DNA of 58,658 nt, counting the filler, from Globobulimina sp. (lineage: Eukaryota), in NCBI GenBank assembly GCA_003354225.1. It is 8 parts of 8 records of this genome, joined end to end, with 100 filler letters (N's around TTAATTAATTAA, not from the genome) between each part and the next. Parts side by side here need not be neighbours in the genome. Positions count along the whole stretch, not along the records: positions 44,100 to 51,329 come from PIVH01000184.1; positions 51,430 to 58,658 come from PIVH01000185.1; 6 more parts are not named here. One strand, written 5' to 3'. The position numbers and the translations under genes are program-made. Of the stretch, positions 44,589 through 56,686 are shown in pieces (the stretch's first letter is position 1; every line of letters begins with the position of its first letter). The notes under the pieces are model-generated. The model was not told the origin of the DNA. It saw nothing but the letters and a program-made list of their open reading frames with translations, and ran no database searches.

Positions 44589-47500
44589 ATGAGCCAAGAT
44601 CCCTCTGTAATCCCTGTTGATCCAGTCACTGGAAAAATATTGAAAAGACCTTTCTGTGAAGTTTGTGGCTCTGATTATCCGGGCAATATGCGTTCACCAG
44701 ATACTAGCTGGACCTGTACAGTCTGTGATGAAACCTATGCCTTTGCATACCAACAACGAAGACATAAACATAACCAAAATAAGAAAACACAAAAACAAAC
44801 TGACGAACAACAACAACGTACAACCACCCGTCAGAAACAACAACACGTTAACACTCAGCAACAAAAACAAAGTATACAACAACAACAAAATATAAATAAT
44901 ATACAAACAGAAGAAAAACATATTGAACAGAAGCAATCAACACAACAACAACAACAAGAAAGCGTTCCGGTACAAAATCGAGTGAGATTCCAGCGCCAAA
45001 TCTCAGCAACACAACAACTTATTCGCCGATATGGCAAATGGTGCATTAGTTTCATCCGTGATGCCAGGCAACATTCATATTATCATTTGCCATTAGAATG
45101 TAGCGTGATAGCACATATTAGCCCGGTTTGCAAAGGCTTTGCTTTCCTCACTGGTTCCAAGCGTTCGCCAAATCGCCGATGGTATAAAAAGATAATGTTG
45201 GAAGGCGTCGTTTTGAATAATGAATATATTGAAAAGATTAAACTTGAAAAATTGGCTTTGAGTGCCAAGATTGGCACAGATATTTTTATCGCGGATGATG
45301 AGTATTTTTCAGCTTCGGATAACGACCATAAAATGCAACCGAATCAATCTGAAAGTAAAGCATTTGAGGACTCCGATACCGTTGTAATGACTGTAAACGA
45401 TGCACTTAATCCGCGTATCATTGATTATATGTTGCTTTTTGATTATATATATGGTAAAGGTGGATGGATTGGATTTCGTCGCATCCTAAGCTTTGCCTAT
45501 AAAGATATTAATATCCATAGCAATCCTGATGATGCATCTGATATTTATTTGCTATTTAAACATTGGTGCGAATCCGATCTCATGTTTGAGGAGGAATTGG
45601 TTGACCTCTTTATATCTATTTATTGCTTGAACCGTGAGATAGTTTTGACTCTACAAATGATACATGATGGTATACGCGATGATTCCCTCCGTGATCGATA
45701 CATTGAAACGTGCCCATTTATCAATCCATGGCGAGCAGCAGAACAACAAAATAAAATTTATATTAAACCCTCTCCTGTGGGCTGTTGGAACGCCATCTTA
45801 GCGTTGGGCCATGCTTTCCGGTTTGCAGTCGTTGGCATTCCTTATATGACTATGTACGCCAATCGTTTATCTCCCAGTATCACTAAATCCGATGGTAATA
45901 AAGCACGCATTATATACTGTCTTTCCTTAATCACACAAAAGCAATATAAACTCAACGAGATTGAGGTCTTAACTGGGAATTGGTTTAATAAAAGTGTCCA
46001 AATGTGTGACTATACTGCAGGTGATGCAGCGTTGTTTATTTATAATTGGCTGTACAGTGAATCATTGATTGAATCATGGAATCGCAGAGCAAATTTATTT
46101 GTTGAGACGACTGGGATAAAAATACAAGTCGCACGCTTTCGTGTGATATTAGTTGAAGGCCGCATTCGTAGATATATTCCATATATGGAAGCCCCGATGG
46201 GAGATAAAACACGATTATATGAACAAAATCATATCGTTTACGCTCGTAATAATAAATATATATTTTCTACCATGAATGATGACTGTCCAATCGCTGCAAA
46301 ACCAGCAACGATACAACAACCCCAAGATCGCTCTGTATATCATATTGATGTCTTAGAATTAAATTTTTGTTTGGCGTCAAAGTTTGACTGTGCGCGGAAT
46401 CCTGATTTCGTTTTTAGTGATTATGTACAAAATCGCGCCTTTGTTAATGCAGATTGGCATGCCAATGATATAAAAATATTTAAATCCGAAATTGAAGCCA
46501 ATGGGACTCTTATTTATAACATAGATATCTGGAAAAGCACATTGGTGACTTGCACCATAGGTAGATATAAATCGTGTAATCAATGGTGTGGCACAGAAAT
46601 TGTTATGTTTGATCGCCATTTGCCTCGAAATATTGACGTATTACAGTCATACATCCCGAATGATAATAGATACATAGAACTGTTCCCGAATAAAACTACA
46701 AATTATCTCGCTGGAATTGCAGGATTAGATGCTGGCACTGCCGAGTTAACATCAATTGGTTTGGATGAACAACTCAGTAATCCCGCAGCGCTTAAACAGA
46801 TACCACGAAGCCGCCAGAATAGAAATAATAATCGTTACCGAAGCAACCCGAGCCGGACATTTGTTTCCTCAAAGTTGCGATATATACAAACAAATCACGC
46901 TGGGCCTGTATCTAAAGAATGTCCAGAAACGGCAAAAGAATCATATCCGACTAATTTTGTGCCATCTACAATATCAAAGAAACAAACATATAAAGAAGCC
47001 ACTCGTTTGGCACAGACCGGAGGGCGAAATCGCTTATTTTCTGATGTGCGACAACGAAACGTTGGATCCAAAGCAATCTCCGAACCATTACGTGATGCTG
47101 TTAATGATACACAGAACGCATTGACACAAACGCAAACCGCAGCAGTTATTCATAATAATTTGAGAGTTGACAGTGATCGCTTTGCGCGAAACCATAATGA
47201 TCACAATAACACGCAACTAAATATGCGGAATAATGAGTTCCTCAAAAATAAGCCATTGACAGCGTTGGAAGGTGATATTTTTCAGCAATCTGCAATTAAT
47301 CCAGTAACTAATGACTATGCTAAATTTGATCCATTGTATTCACACAAAGGTGGTATAATTGATAATGGCGATATTTATTATGCTGCCATGTTGGTACAAT
47401 ATTTTATGTATCTCCATAAATATGAGGCCGGTTACCAACGCATTGAGGTCTTTTGGCGGCAATTAAATAAAAATCCGTATCAAACTATAAAAAATATCGT

Positions 47501-48518
47501 TGATATCAAGCGCCTTGGCATCCCTTTTACGAATACATTTATTGTGGACAATATTGGGTATAATGTATGGCCCAATGACTATCCTGTAATGAATTGGGAG
47601 CGTTTAATGTCTCCCGTAGCAGTTAAGCAATATACAGCGGTGATATATAAAAACCGCGGCATCATACCACAAGATTTAGAGAGTCGCGCATTCCGCCTAC
47701 ATCAGCTCACTTTGCGTAATGATATTGCAACAAAAACAGATAAAAATAAAAATAGAAATATAACTATGGACACACGAGGTAACACAGATGACATTGATAA
47801 AGCCATTGATGCGGTTGAACCAGATTTAGAGGACGCGATATCGCATAACGTTGCCAGTGATATTCATACAGTACACGCAAATAAATCGGATGGCGACGCC
47901 GATAGATCAGACGCAAATAAATCAGACGGCAGTAAATCCGATGTTAAATCTGATATTTCTATGATAGATAACACTTTTCATGCATTAAAAGCGTCTGTTT
48001 CTTTGGCAATGAGTGTGCGGGATATTGTATGTGATATTTGTGGATATTTACAACGCATTGAATCTGACCAAAATGAATGGATTTGCAATTCTTGCACATA
48101 TAAACACATTATCGATGTATCAGTATCCTATGATGATGCCGATAATGTTAATAGTAATGATTCTGATTTTAAAAACGATGAAAACGATGAATATAATTCG
48201 CGCCATACACTCAATATTAATGCCGCTGCCTTTGTGCCTAAAACTGCCCATAACGCAAAACATGAGATTGATTCTTCAAATTCTCCTCCATTTACATTAA
48301 AAACTGCCTTAACAAATACGCAGTTATCCCCAACAGAAATGGATAGTACGCAGCCCGATAATATCAATTTAATTGATTCGCAATTAACTGTCGATGAACC
48401 GGCGCAATTTACCGGTATATTACCCCCGGAAATCCCTAATGATAATGACACAAAATCGAGTGTGAACCTTAATGATCCGGATAATGCAAACAATGATGAT
48501 CCCGACAATGCGAAATAA
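44589..48518 (+). CDS. Intronless protein of 1309 aa with N- and C-terminal C4 zinc ribbons, unknown function
   Basis: 3.9-kb open frame. CEVC..WTCTVC and CDIC..WICNSC; Gln-rich segment. Confidence 0.8.
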   Translation: MSQDPSVIPVDPVTGKILKRPFCEVCGSDYPGNMRSPDTSWTCTVCDETYAFAYQQRRHKHNQNKKTQKQTDEQQQRTTTRQKQQHVNTQQQKQSIQQQQNINNIQTEEKHIEQKQSTQQQQQESVPVQNRVRFQRQISATQQLIRRYGKWCISFIRDARQHSYYHLPLECSVIAHISPVCKGFAFLTGSKRSPNRRWYKKIMLEGVVLNNEYIEKIKLEKLALSAKIGTDIFIADDEYFSASDNDHKMQPNQSESKAFEDSDTVVMTVNDALNPRIIDYMLLFDYIYGKGGWIGFRRILSFAYKDINIHSNPDDASDIYLLFKHWCESDLMFEEELVDLFISIYCLNREIVLTLQMIHDGIRDDSLRDRYIETCPFINPWRAAEQQNKIYIKPSPVGCWNAILALGHAFRFAVVGIPYMTMYANRLSPSITKSDGNKARIIYCLSLITQKQYKLNEIEVLTGNWFNKSVQMCDYTAGDAALFIYNWLYSESLIESWNRRANLFVETTGIKIQVARFRVILVEGRIRRYIPYMEAPMGDKTRLYEQNHIVYARNNKYIFSTMNDDCPIAAKPATIQQPQDRSVYHIDVLELNFCLASKFDCARNPDFVFSDYVQNRAFVNADWHANDIKIFKSEIEANGTLIYNIDIWKSTLVTCTIGRYKSCNQWCGTEIVMFDRHLPRNIDVLQSYIPNDNRYIELFPNKTTNYLAGIAGLDAGTAELTSIGLDEQLSNPAALKQIPRSRQNRNNNRYRSNPSRTFVSSKLRYIQTNHAGPVSKECPETAKESYPTNFVPSTISKKQTYKEATRLAQTGGRNRLFSDVRQRNVGSKAISEPLRDAVNDTQNALTQTQTAAVIHNNLRVDSDRFARNHNDHNNTQLNMRNNEFLKNKPLTALEGDIFQQSAINPVTNDYAKFDPLYSHKGGIIDNGDIYYAAMLVQYFMYLHKYEAGYQRIEVFWRQLNKNPYQTIKNIVDIKRLGIPFTNTFIVDNIGYNVWPNDYPVMNWERLMSPVAVKQYTAVIYKNRGIIPQDLESRAFRLHQLTLRNDIATKTDKNKNRNITMDTRGNTDDIDKAIDAVEPDLEDAISHNVASDIHTVHANKSDGDADRSDANKSDGSKSDVKSDISMIDNTFHALKASVSLAMSVRDIVCDICGYLQRIESDQNEWICNSCTYKHIIDVSVSYDDADNVNSNDSDFKNDENDEYNSRHTLNINAAAFVPKTAHNAKHEIDSSNSPPFTLKTALTNTQLSPTEMDSTQPDNINLIDSQLTVDEPAQFTGILPPEIPNDNDTKSSVNLNDPDNANNDDPDNAK

Positions 48519-48981
48519 ATCTTTGGCATTTATCTGACTCTTAACTAGTCAGAGTTCACATGAGCTGACATGATTTCGAGTGCGGTGATTGAGTGAACTT
48601 TTTGTAAAGGGGTTTTATCACTAAATATTTATTTATATCAAGTCTACATCGAGTGAGTCAAAGTCCCGCATCGAGTGCAACGATCGAGTCAAACTGGTAT
48701 GTCGTATAACATTCATACCCATACAAAGACCAAATACGAACACATAGCGCTGAAATGTCACCAGAACACAATAAACATGCATGGATAAACTCATATGATG
48801 AAAGAAAAGCGAAATGTATATATGGTTATTAATTATATTGATATTAAAACCGCATAGCTCAAGTAGAGCACTAGTGATAAAACCCCTTTACAAAAAGTTC
48901 ACTCAATCACCGCACTCGAAATCATGTCAGCTCATGTGAACTCTGACTAGTTCAGAGTCAGATAAATGCCAAAGATTTATT
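48514..48981. mobile_element. 468-bp element with 110-bp terminal inverted repeats (MITE-like)
   Basis: 48514-48623 and 48872-48981 are reverse complements with one visible mismatch. No obvious target-site duplication. Confidence 0.8.
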
Positions 48982-49067
48982 GAGCATGGAAGCTTGATTA
49001 AAGTTGACGCAATTAATAGAGATGTTGTTTTAGATTTAAAGCTAGAAAGTCAAGAGAGTTGAATTAT

Positions 49068-49257
49068 AATTATGAACAGCGATTAACTGTAAATCATGAA
49101 ACTGCAAAATATGATGAATTTAAATTTGGTGTGGCTGATCGTGGGGCATCAATTAGAATACCAAGCCAATGTGAAATAGAAGACCTGTGCCAATTGTGAT
49201 CCATATATGGTTACTTCGATGATTGCAAATACTACAATTTTAAATCAAACAATATAA
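49068..49257 (+). pseudogene. Glutamine synthetase type II, C-terminal remnant
   Basis: EQRLTVNHETA..FKFGVADRGASIRIP..ANCDPYMVTSMIANTTIL. The GYFEDRRP segment is largely deleted and frameshifted. Confidence 0.85.
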
Positions 49258-49307
49258 TGATTGCGTTTTAATAAAAGGAATCTGACGCTGAACATTTCTT
49301 GAATTAT

Positions 49308-50731
49308 TTAATTGCACAAGTCACAGATTGTTTTGTCATAATTATCGCAAATTTTGATTGCGTTATAATTTGACGAAATTTGTTTGCAACGATTTTTAAT
49401 ATAAGTTACTTTCTGTTTAGCGCTCGGCTGATTGTTGTGCATTATCTGAAGCACATTTATTAACTTTTTAACCAAATCACCTTTTGATTTATGATTATAA
49501 AAATAGGGATAATTTTTTATTGCTTGAAAGTGTTCCACATAAACCAAATTATTTGGTAATATCGGAATTGTGTTACAATGCATGCTTTCCATCAATGAAA
49601 TGCCAAAAAATTCATGAATACTCGTCATGACCAAAATATCACTCAAATGCAGCCACAAAATATACTCTTTGTAAGATTTAACATATCCAAATTGTAATAT
49701 ATTCTCTTTGAATTCATCGTAAATAATATTAAAAATAGAGTGTGATTGTTGGCTTTGTTTCGAATCTTTACAATATGAAAAATTTTCACCCAAAATTACT
49801 AATTTGAATGAATTAATGTTTTTAATTTTTTTAATGTGTCTTAAAGCGTATAAAGACAAAGATGGGTTTTTATCTTCTTCCCACCGAGCATTCCATAAAA
49901 TTATTGTTTCTTTAATTTGTTTTCTTTTATCTATTATTTCTTGATTCATCTCCAAAGTGATCTTATTCATTTTATTCAAATCCATCGGAATATACATGTT
50001 TTCTCTTGATTTTTGTTTTACATATTTTATCATATTAATTGCAGTCCAATCGTCATTACTTTTATTCCGAATTATTTTTGGCAAATTATCAAAGAAATCA
50101 TTTGCGTGATATTTACTATTCCACCAAACCTCATGCGAACCCAACATACATTTATAATTTTGATAACCATACATCCAATATTTGTCAATATCTCTATCCG
50201 TTGATTTCCAGGGTATGTAACCTGATTTTCATGCATAAAGTAAATGTATTTTATATTATTATTGGCATAGCAATTAATAATATTTGAAAATAAATTCAAA
50301 TCAATCATATCCTCAATGATTATAATATCGGGGCATTTGTCTATTTTGATATTACATTTGATGTTTATTTGATTTTTTGTTTCGTTATGATTATTTTTTG
50401 AGTGGCTATTAAATGTTTCATCAAAAAATATTTGAATGAATTTTTTAGCAAAAGCAATTGCCGATGAATGCATTCTCCATTTAAAGTATGATCCATCGAT
50501 TGACATTGTAGAGATAGCATGATTCGAATATTTCTGGTATGTCTGACACCAATAGGCATGCGAGGTGTAATTGCAATACAGTATCAGTACATGTATTGAT
50601 TGTGTTTTGTCACAGAAAATGTTCTTTTTATTGCAATTGGCATTGTTGAAATAACAGTAGGTCATAACAACAGTAATAACCGCACAAATAAACGCTAACA
50701 ATGTGTTTACAGTTGGGTCGTCAGCAAACAT
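49308..50731 (-). CDS. GTDC1: GTDC1/QTMAN-like glycosyltransferase (DUF3524 + GT-B), one frameshift near 50210
   Basis: SHAYW, FKWRMHSSA, YFMHENQVTYP, NSKYH, ILWNARWEEDKNP, HEFFGISLMES. One base is missing at YP|WK. Confidence 0.8.
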
Positions 50732-50931
50732 ACTACTTTTCACTTCCAATGCCAAAGAGAAAAACATTTTCTCCAAAACTTTGCCAATATTTCCTGAACA
50801 ATGGTCTCGTTTATTTTCTACAGTATTAATCGTCTCGAACACTCGTCTGTATTAAAGATAGTATTCTTAGTTACAACAGAAATTGTAAATATAATTATCT
50901 AATTAAATCGGAAACACAAAACAAACATTAA

Positions 50932-51329
50932 TTATGCAAATTGAGAATTATCTTTTACTTTCTTCATAATTTCAACCGAATGAGGAGCAAATAATGAAAT
51001 CTTTGCTATTCTAAAATGTATGACACTGAATTCATTAAAACCAAACACTGCAAATGGCAATGATAAAAAACCAAACACTAAATGCAAAACAGTGGATGGA
51101 ATGCCAAATATTAAGATCCACATAAATGTAAAACATATATCACAACAACAATTTTTTTCATTGCTTCCATGGCTGTCATAACATTTACATTCTGTTTTTA
51201 TTTTAATATCATTATCTTTGCTGCATAAACCACATAATAAATATTGACTAATTGTAAAGCATGGTTTAAACCAAAAAAAGAAGATCATTCCACATACGAA
51301 CCACCAAATACATGTTACCAAACCACCAC
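50932..51329 (-). CDS. YccF-domain membrane protein, partial
   Basis: MWILIFG..LHLVFG..HFRIAKISL pattern, with a similar unit upstream. Confidence 0.6.
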
Positions 51330-51429
51330 NNNNNNNNNNNNNNNNNNNNNNNNNNNNNNNNNNNNNNNNNNNNTTAATTAATTAANNNNNNNNNNNNNNN
51401 NNNNNNNNNNNNNNNNNNNNNNNNNNNNN

Positions 51430-51959
51430 ATATAGACAATATCCGTTGTGCTGAATGCAATGATATAACATAAAAATAAAACGCTTTCTTGAATAATTGT
51501 ACAAAGCAACCAAAATTTACTCATCCATAAAGGCGTTATTATGGATATTCCACTCATTGCACTCATTGCAGTCGATGCCGATGCTGATGCCGACGCTGCC
51601 GATGGCATTGATATATATGATGAGGATTTATACGCTGAATTTATTGAGTAAATTACAAAAAAATAACCAATAAAAAAGGATGTAAACAACCATAAAAACT
51701 GAAAAGTTCGAACAATTAAAACAAAATCACCATCTAAAAACTCAATATCTCCATTATTTCGCAATAAATCAAAATTTAATACAATTGACAACACACATAA
51801 TATGGCATTAGATAATAATACGCCAATACGAATTTTAAATAATTCATGTTTTATTGATAAACTACAGGTTTGCTGCAAGGCCACACTAAACACAAAGATT
51901 ACCAACAATGTGGTGGTAATATGTATAGAGGCTGGAACACCTGTGTTATTATTATCCAT
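51430..51959 (-). CDS. Multi-pass membrane protein, partial
   Basis: Four hydrophobic segments; runs into the linker. Confidence 0.6.
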
Positions 51960-52026
51960 TATTAAACTAACAAAATTATTACTTTACTTGACTTGACTTG
52001 ACTTGACTTGAACTAACATTCTAACA

Positions 52027-52589
52027 ATGTCCTACGCAAAGCATGGCCATGCACACGAACAAAAAGTAGATCCAACAGAATATCGCGTGCCACGAAATTT
52101 CAAATTATTGGATGAATTAGAAAACGCAGAAAAAGGGAAATATACAGATGCTAAGAAATGGGGAGATGCCTGCAATTGGCTCAATCTTGGCTTAGACGGA
52201 CAAGACGCAACTTTTACTCATTGGAATGCGACAATAATACCACACCAAGTACAGTACTGCTTATATTATATTATATTATTATATTAATATATTGATATTA
52301 TATTATATTATATATATTAAAGGGTGGCCAAATTGGTGATCGCATTTATACGTTACAAATTAAGGCAGGACCGGGTTATCCCGATGATCCTCCAACTTTT
52401 AGATTTGTCCAACAAGTGACTATACAATGTGTGTCAAGACAAGGATATGTAAATTTTGCTAAAATGAAGCACTTTGAATGGCATTCTGAGAGATGTTTAT
52501 TTGATGCACTTTTGGCAATTCGAAAAGAAATGGAGCCATCTGCTGTGGCACAAGCTTGTGCACGAATTGGCCAAGGAAAAACCTATTAA
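52027..52589 (+). CDS. UEV1: Ubiquitin E2 variant, MMS2/UEV1 family (intron 52249-52322)
   Basis: VPRNFKLLDELENAEKG, WNATII, RIYTLQI..GPGYPDDPP..RF. Confidence 0.92.
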
Positions 52590-52836
52590 CATCTCCTTGC
52601 TCACAGCTCACAGCTCACAGCTCACACGTCTCATTTTAATGCGTTAATTTTAATACCACCATTTGATTTGTTTTAATTTGATATTTATGGTGAAGTTTAT
52701 TTCGTATTTTTGTGCGTGCGTTGTTTGTGTAAAAGGCAATCTCGAGTCGACTAGAAGTGACTGCAAATAAACTGCGTTATTAACAGTAAGAAGTAAGAAG
52801 ATTTTGTTCAGACAGCCTGAGTATTAAAGTGCAGTA

Positions 52837-54843
52837 ATGAGTAAAAAACACAGTAGTAAATCAAAAAAAACAAGAAAAGGCAAAAACAAACGAGTTAGTA
52901 TTCGCGATCAGCTGCGTGCAGCCAAAAGTGGTCAAAATGTGTCAGATAGTGATAAGTCATCGGATCCGATTGGATCTTTAGATTCTGAATGGTATAAAAA
53001 TGCAAAAGAAGCGGATAAATGGAAGGAAAAATGGGAATGCATGCAGGCATTAATGGGATTTTGTTGTGGTGATTCATTTGGAAATCAAGAGCTACCGCAA
53101 AAATTTGATGATCATAATAGAGCGGGAGAGGTTATTGCTATTTTTGCGAAATGGCTAAACGATGAAAATCACATATTTACACGGCAACATATATTAAAAT
53201 TATTAGTTCCATTTAGCAATTCCTTCGCCAAGCAACATTGGAAAAAAACAAACAAATTAGCGGAAGGTATCATTATTAAGCAATGGGCCGAGAAAAAGCA
53301 TGGTTTTTTGCAGTTGGTGACGCCCGCTTTGATTGCCGTGTATATTATTTCTGGCGCACAGCTCAAGAAATGGAAGGAGTACTTGATCCAATCCATGGAT
53401 TCCCCGCAGGCTCAGGTTCGGATGTCTTGTTGGGACTTTTTGGCCAAAATCTGCATTCTATGCAAGGCCGGCAATAAGAACAAGAAATACATCAAACTCA
53501 AAAACAGAGCGCCAAAAGACGTCGAACTGTTCATCAACGACAACAAAATCATAAATTATTTAAAAAACACCATCTTAAATGATAAAGAAAAAGATGTTCG
53601 CGATTCTTGTGCCAAATTTATTTATGGCGCCAAACAAATCTGTAATAAAGTTTCCATTTTAGACAGTGCCTACAAAGAGATATTGAATGATAAGCGAGCC
53701 TCCATATCGTTGGACATTGCGGCGGATTTATTTAACAACGACAAAAAAGTATTATTATTAACCAAACAGAAACAAAAACAGAAAGTGGAAATTAATAAAA
53801 AAGTGGAAGCAAAGCAACAAAAAAAAAAAAAAAAACACGCCTCGTCGAGGAAAAACCAAATGAGAGCAATGATCGCCAAAGCAAAGGAAGAGTCGGCTAA
53901 AACTGGCGGTGGCGGAGCCATCGAAGTTGGCCGCACCAAACAGCCCTCCGCCAAACCGGCCAAATCAGCCAAATCCAACAAGAAAAACAAAAAGGAAAAC
54001 AAAGGGGGCGGCGGCGGCGGCGGCGGTATGAAGGCGTTGATGAATAAATATAAGAAAGAGCCGGCTAAAAATAAAAATAAAAATAAAAAAAAACAAAAAA
54101 AAAGTAAATATTCATCGAGTGAGGAAGACGAAGACGAAGAATCAACTGAATCTGAATCAAAATCAGGAGAAGAATCGGTGGAAGAGGGAGATAGCGACGA
54201 TTCGTCGGCTGAGAGAGAGAGGGAAAGAGAGAAAAAGAAGAAGGAGCGAGAGAAGCAGCGGAAAGAGAGAGAGAAAGAGAGAGAGAGAAAGCGGAAAGGA
54301 AAGGAGAAGTCGAGAGAGCGGGAACGAGAACGAGAGAGAGAGCGAGAAAGAGAGCGAGAGAAAAAAAAGAAACAACAGCAAGCAAAGAGCAAAAAGAGTG
54401 CGAGGCGGACCTATTCGAGCAGTGACAGTGAGAATGAGAGCGAGAGTGACAGTGACAGCGATAGCACCGCTTCGAAAAATAGTGATAACAATAAAAGGAG
54501 AATCAATAATTCACGAACTGAGACAATAAAAGGCAGCCAAGCCGCAGTGGTGAGTGCCGGCGGCGGCGTTAATAATAAAAAAGAAATCAAGGAATTAACA
54601 GAAAAAGTTGATAAAATATCGCAAAATGTGCAATCTTTACAGAAAGGAATGAATGGAATGGAACGTAAAATGAATGATTTGGCGAAAAATAGTGAAGCAA
54701 AATCTGGCATTTCATCCAAGACCGAAGAAAAAATTATGAAAATATTGGCTCAGTTGCAAAAAGATGTAAAAATAATGAAAAATGATATTTCATATATTAA
54801 AGCCTGTTGGGAAGATGCCGAAAGTGTCCCTTCTGATCAATAA
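52837..54843 (+). CDS. Single TOG-domain protein with basic/acidic low-complexity tail and C-terminal coiled coil
   Basis: DKWKEKWECMQAL, KQWAEKK, QAQVR and DKEKDVRD resemble XMAP215 TOG intra-HEAT loops. (RE)n and K-rich tracts follow. Confidence 0.65.
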   Translation: MSKKHSSKSKKTRKGKNKRVSIRDQLRAAKSGQNVSDSDKSSDPIGSLDSEWYKNAKEADKWKEKWECMQALMGFCCGDSFGNQELPQKFDDHNRAGEVIAIFAKWLNDENHIFTRQHILKLLVPFSNSFAKQHWKKTNKLAEGIIIKQWAEKKHGFLQLVTPALIAVYIISGAQLKKWKEYLIQSMDSPQAQVRMSCWDFLAKICILCKAGNKNKKYIKLKNRAPKDVELFINDNKIINYLKNTILNDKEKDVRDSCAKFIYGAKQICNKVSILDSAYKEILNDKRASISLDIAADLFNNDKKVLLLTKQKQKQKVEINKKVEAKQQKKKKKHASSRKNQMRAMIAKAKEESAKTGGGGAIEVGRTKQPSAKPAKSAKSNKKNKKENKGGGGGGGGMKALMNKYKKEPAKNKNKNKKKQKKSKYSSSEEDEDEESTESESKSGEESVEEGDSDDSSAEREREREKKKKEREKQRKEREKERERKRKGKEKSREREREREREREREREKKKKQQQAKSKKSARRTYSSSDSENESESDSDSDSTASKNSDNNKRRINNSRTETIKGSQAAVVSAGGGVNNKKEIKELTEKVDKISQNVQSLQKGMNGMERKMNDLAKNSEAKSGISSKTEEKIMKILAQLQKDVKIMKNDISYIKACWEDAESVPSDQ

Positions 54844-55040
54844 CTGGTAAACATTTAACATTATGTTGTAAAAAATTAATGTATACAATGTAAATCTTGT
54901 GCTTTTTGTTGTTGCTCGCTCTGACACAAAACAGAGACCTTTTAGTCTGAACTCTGAAATCACAGCTAAACGTTTGTAAATGTGTATGAAAGTTTTTTTT
55001 TTATAGTCTATCAGTTAGTAAGTGAAGTGAGTTGAACTTA

Positions 55041-56686
55041 ATGGATGTAGATTTTGAAGATGCCGATGCCGATCCAGAATTTGAAGATGCCGATGATATC
55101 GATGGTGATGTGGATGGTTGGGGTGATGAAGACGCCAAAAATGATGATGATGATGGATGGGGTGATGTAGTGGAAGAGACTGACCAAGCAATCATTGGTA
55201 TAAACAAACCAGATTTATCCAAACAAATCAGTGCCATCCACGCATTACGCACAGAAGACATCGATGAAGCGGTGGCGGCCAAAGTACGCAGTTTAGCGGA
55301 GGAACTGTCGTTGGCGGAGAGGAAATGTTTATTATTGTTGCGAAGATACAAATGGAATGCAAGCAAAATAATCGACGTATATTTTTCAGCGGATAGTGAA
55401 CAAAAGAAAATATTGGTCGGTGCCGGTGTTTGTATAGCACCCGTTGAACAACACAAACTCAGCAATGATTCAAACAAAAATGTGGTGATGGAATGTGGCA
55501 TTTGCATGGATGAGGTGAAAATAGGCGACACTTTTAATTTGGAATGCGGGCATTTAAATACATGCTCTTTGTGTTGGGTGGATTATTTGAGGGATGGCGC
55601 CAAAACCAAAAAATGCGTCCATTTAACTTGTCCGACGCATAAATGCTATGTTACCGTACCGCAACATGTATGGCTGCAATTTTTAGGTGGCAAGAAATAC
55701 AAAGCTGAGTTGGATAGATATCTTCGGTTTTGTCGCGAGAATTTTGTTGAAGTTAAGTTCTGCGAATATGCGTATTTTCTAAAATATAATTATAATCTAA
55801 TTAGAACAGTAAAGAGTATTGTTTTTGTCCGGGAAAGTCGTGTGATATGATCTATTGTTCGGAGAGTGGCATAGCAAAAGAGATCGTGTGCTTAGGCTGC
55901 TTATCTCGCTTTTGTTGGGCTTGCAAGCATGAGTCTCATTTCCCCTCCTCTTGCCATACGGGAATAAAATGGCTACAAAAATGTTCATCGGAAGCGGAGA
56001 ATATCTCATGGATATTAGCCAAAACAAAGAGATGTCCAAAGTGCCACGTCCACATCGAGAAAAACCAAGGTTGCAATCATATGACTTGCCGTAAGCATGC
56101 GGGGGGCTGCGGTCACGAGTTTTGTTGGCTATGCAAAGGGGATTGGAGCAAACATGGCAGTGCCACTGGCGGCTATTATCAGTGCAACATTTATGAAAAG
56201 AATAAGACTGATGGCAAATTGTCCGATGAAGACGCTGCACAACAAAATGCACAAAATGAATTGGAGCGATATGAGTTTCATTATACGCGATTTGATTCAC
56301 ATTCAAAGTCATCCGCTCATGCAATCAAACAAAAAGAAACTACCCATGAAAAAATGCATGAATTAGCACAGAAATTCCAATGGCGATTAAACGAAACACA
56401 ATTTTTGTTGGATGCGGTGAATGAAGCCATACAATGTTGGCATGTCTTAGCTTGGACATATCCAATTGCCTATTATTTAGATGGTAAAAAATTTAATTTG
56501 GATTTAATCAAACAACAACAAGGGAAGCTAGAAAATTTTTGTGATGGATTACAACAGAAATTAGATTTTGATTTAGAAAAATTGGGGGATAATAAAACAA
56601 GGCAAGAAATTATTGGATATACACGCACTGCGCAAAAATATAGAAAAAACATTGTTGAATATATAGAAACTGAAATTTCTTTCTAA
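55041..56686 (+). CDS. ARIH1: Ariadne-type RBR E3 ubiquitin ligase (intron 55752-55804)
   Basis: Acidic N-terminus; RING1 CGIC..CGH..CSLCW; IBR; TKRCPKC..IEKNQGCNHMTC..EFCWLC; ELERY..RF Ariadne domain. Confidence 0.92.

Noticed and set aside
7257-51429. Seven regularly spaced TTAATTAATTAA palindromes, and ORFs ending in X-runs
   Set aside because: These are artificial contig linkers, not biological repeats.
51986-52627. (acttg)n and (gctcaca)n microsatellites flanking the UEV gene
   Set aside because: Short ordinary simple repeats in UTR or intergenic DNA; no evidence of function.
53670-54719. Long antisense ORFs (also 15705-16211, 55001-55531, 55797-56324, 6422-6799)
   Set aside because: Shadow frames of real or low-complexity genes on the opposite strand.
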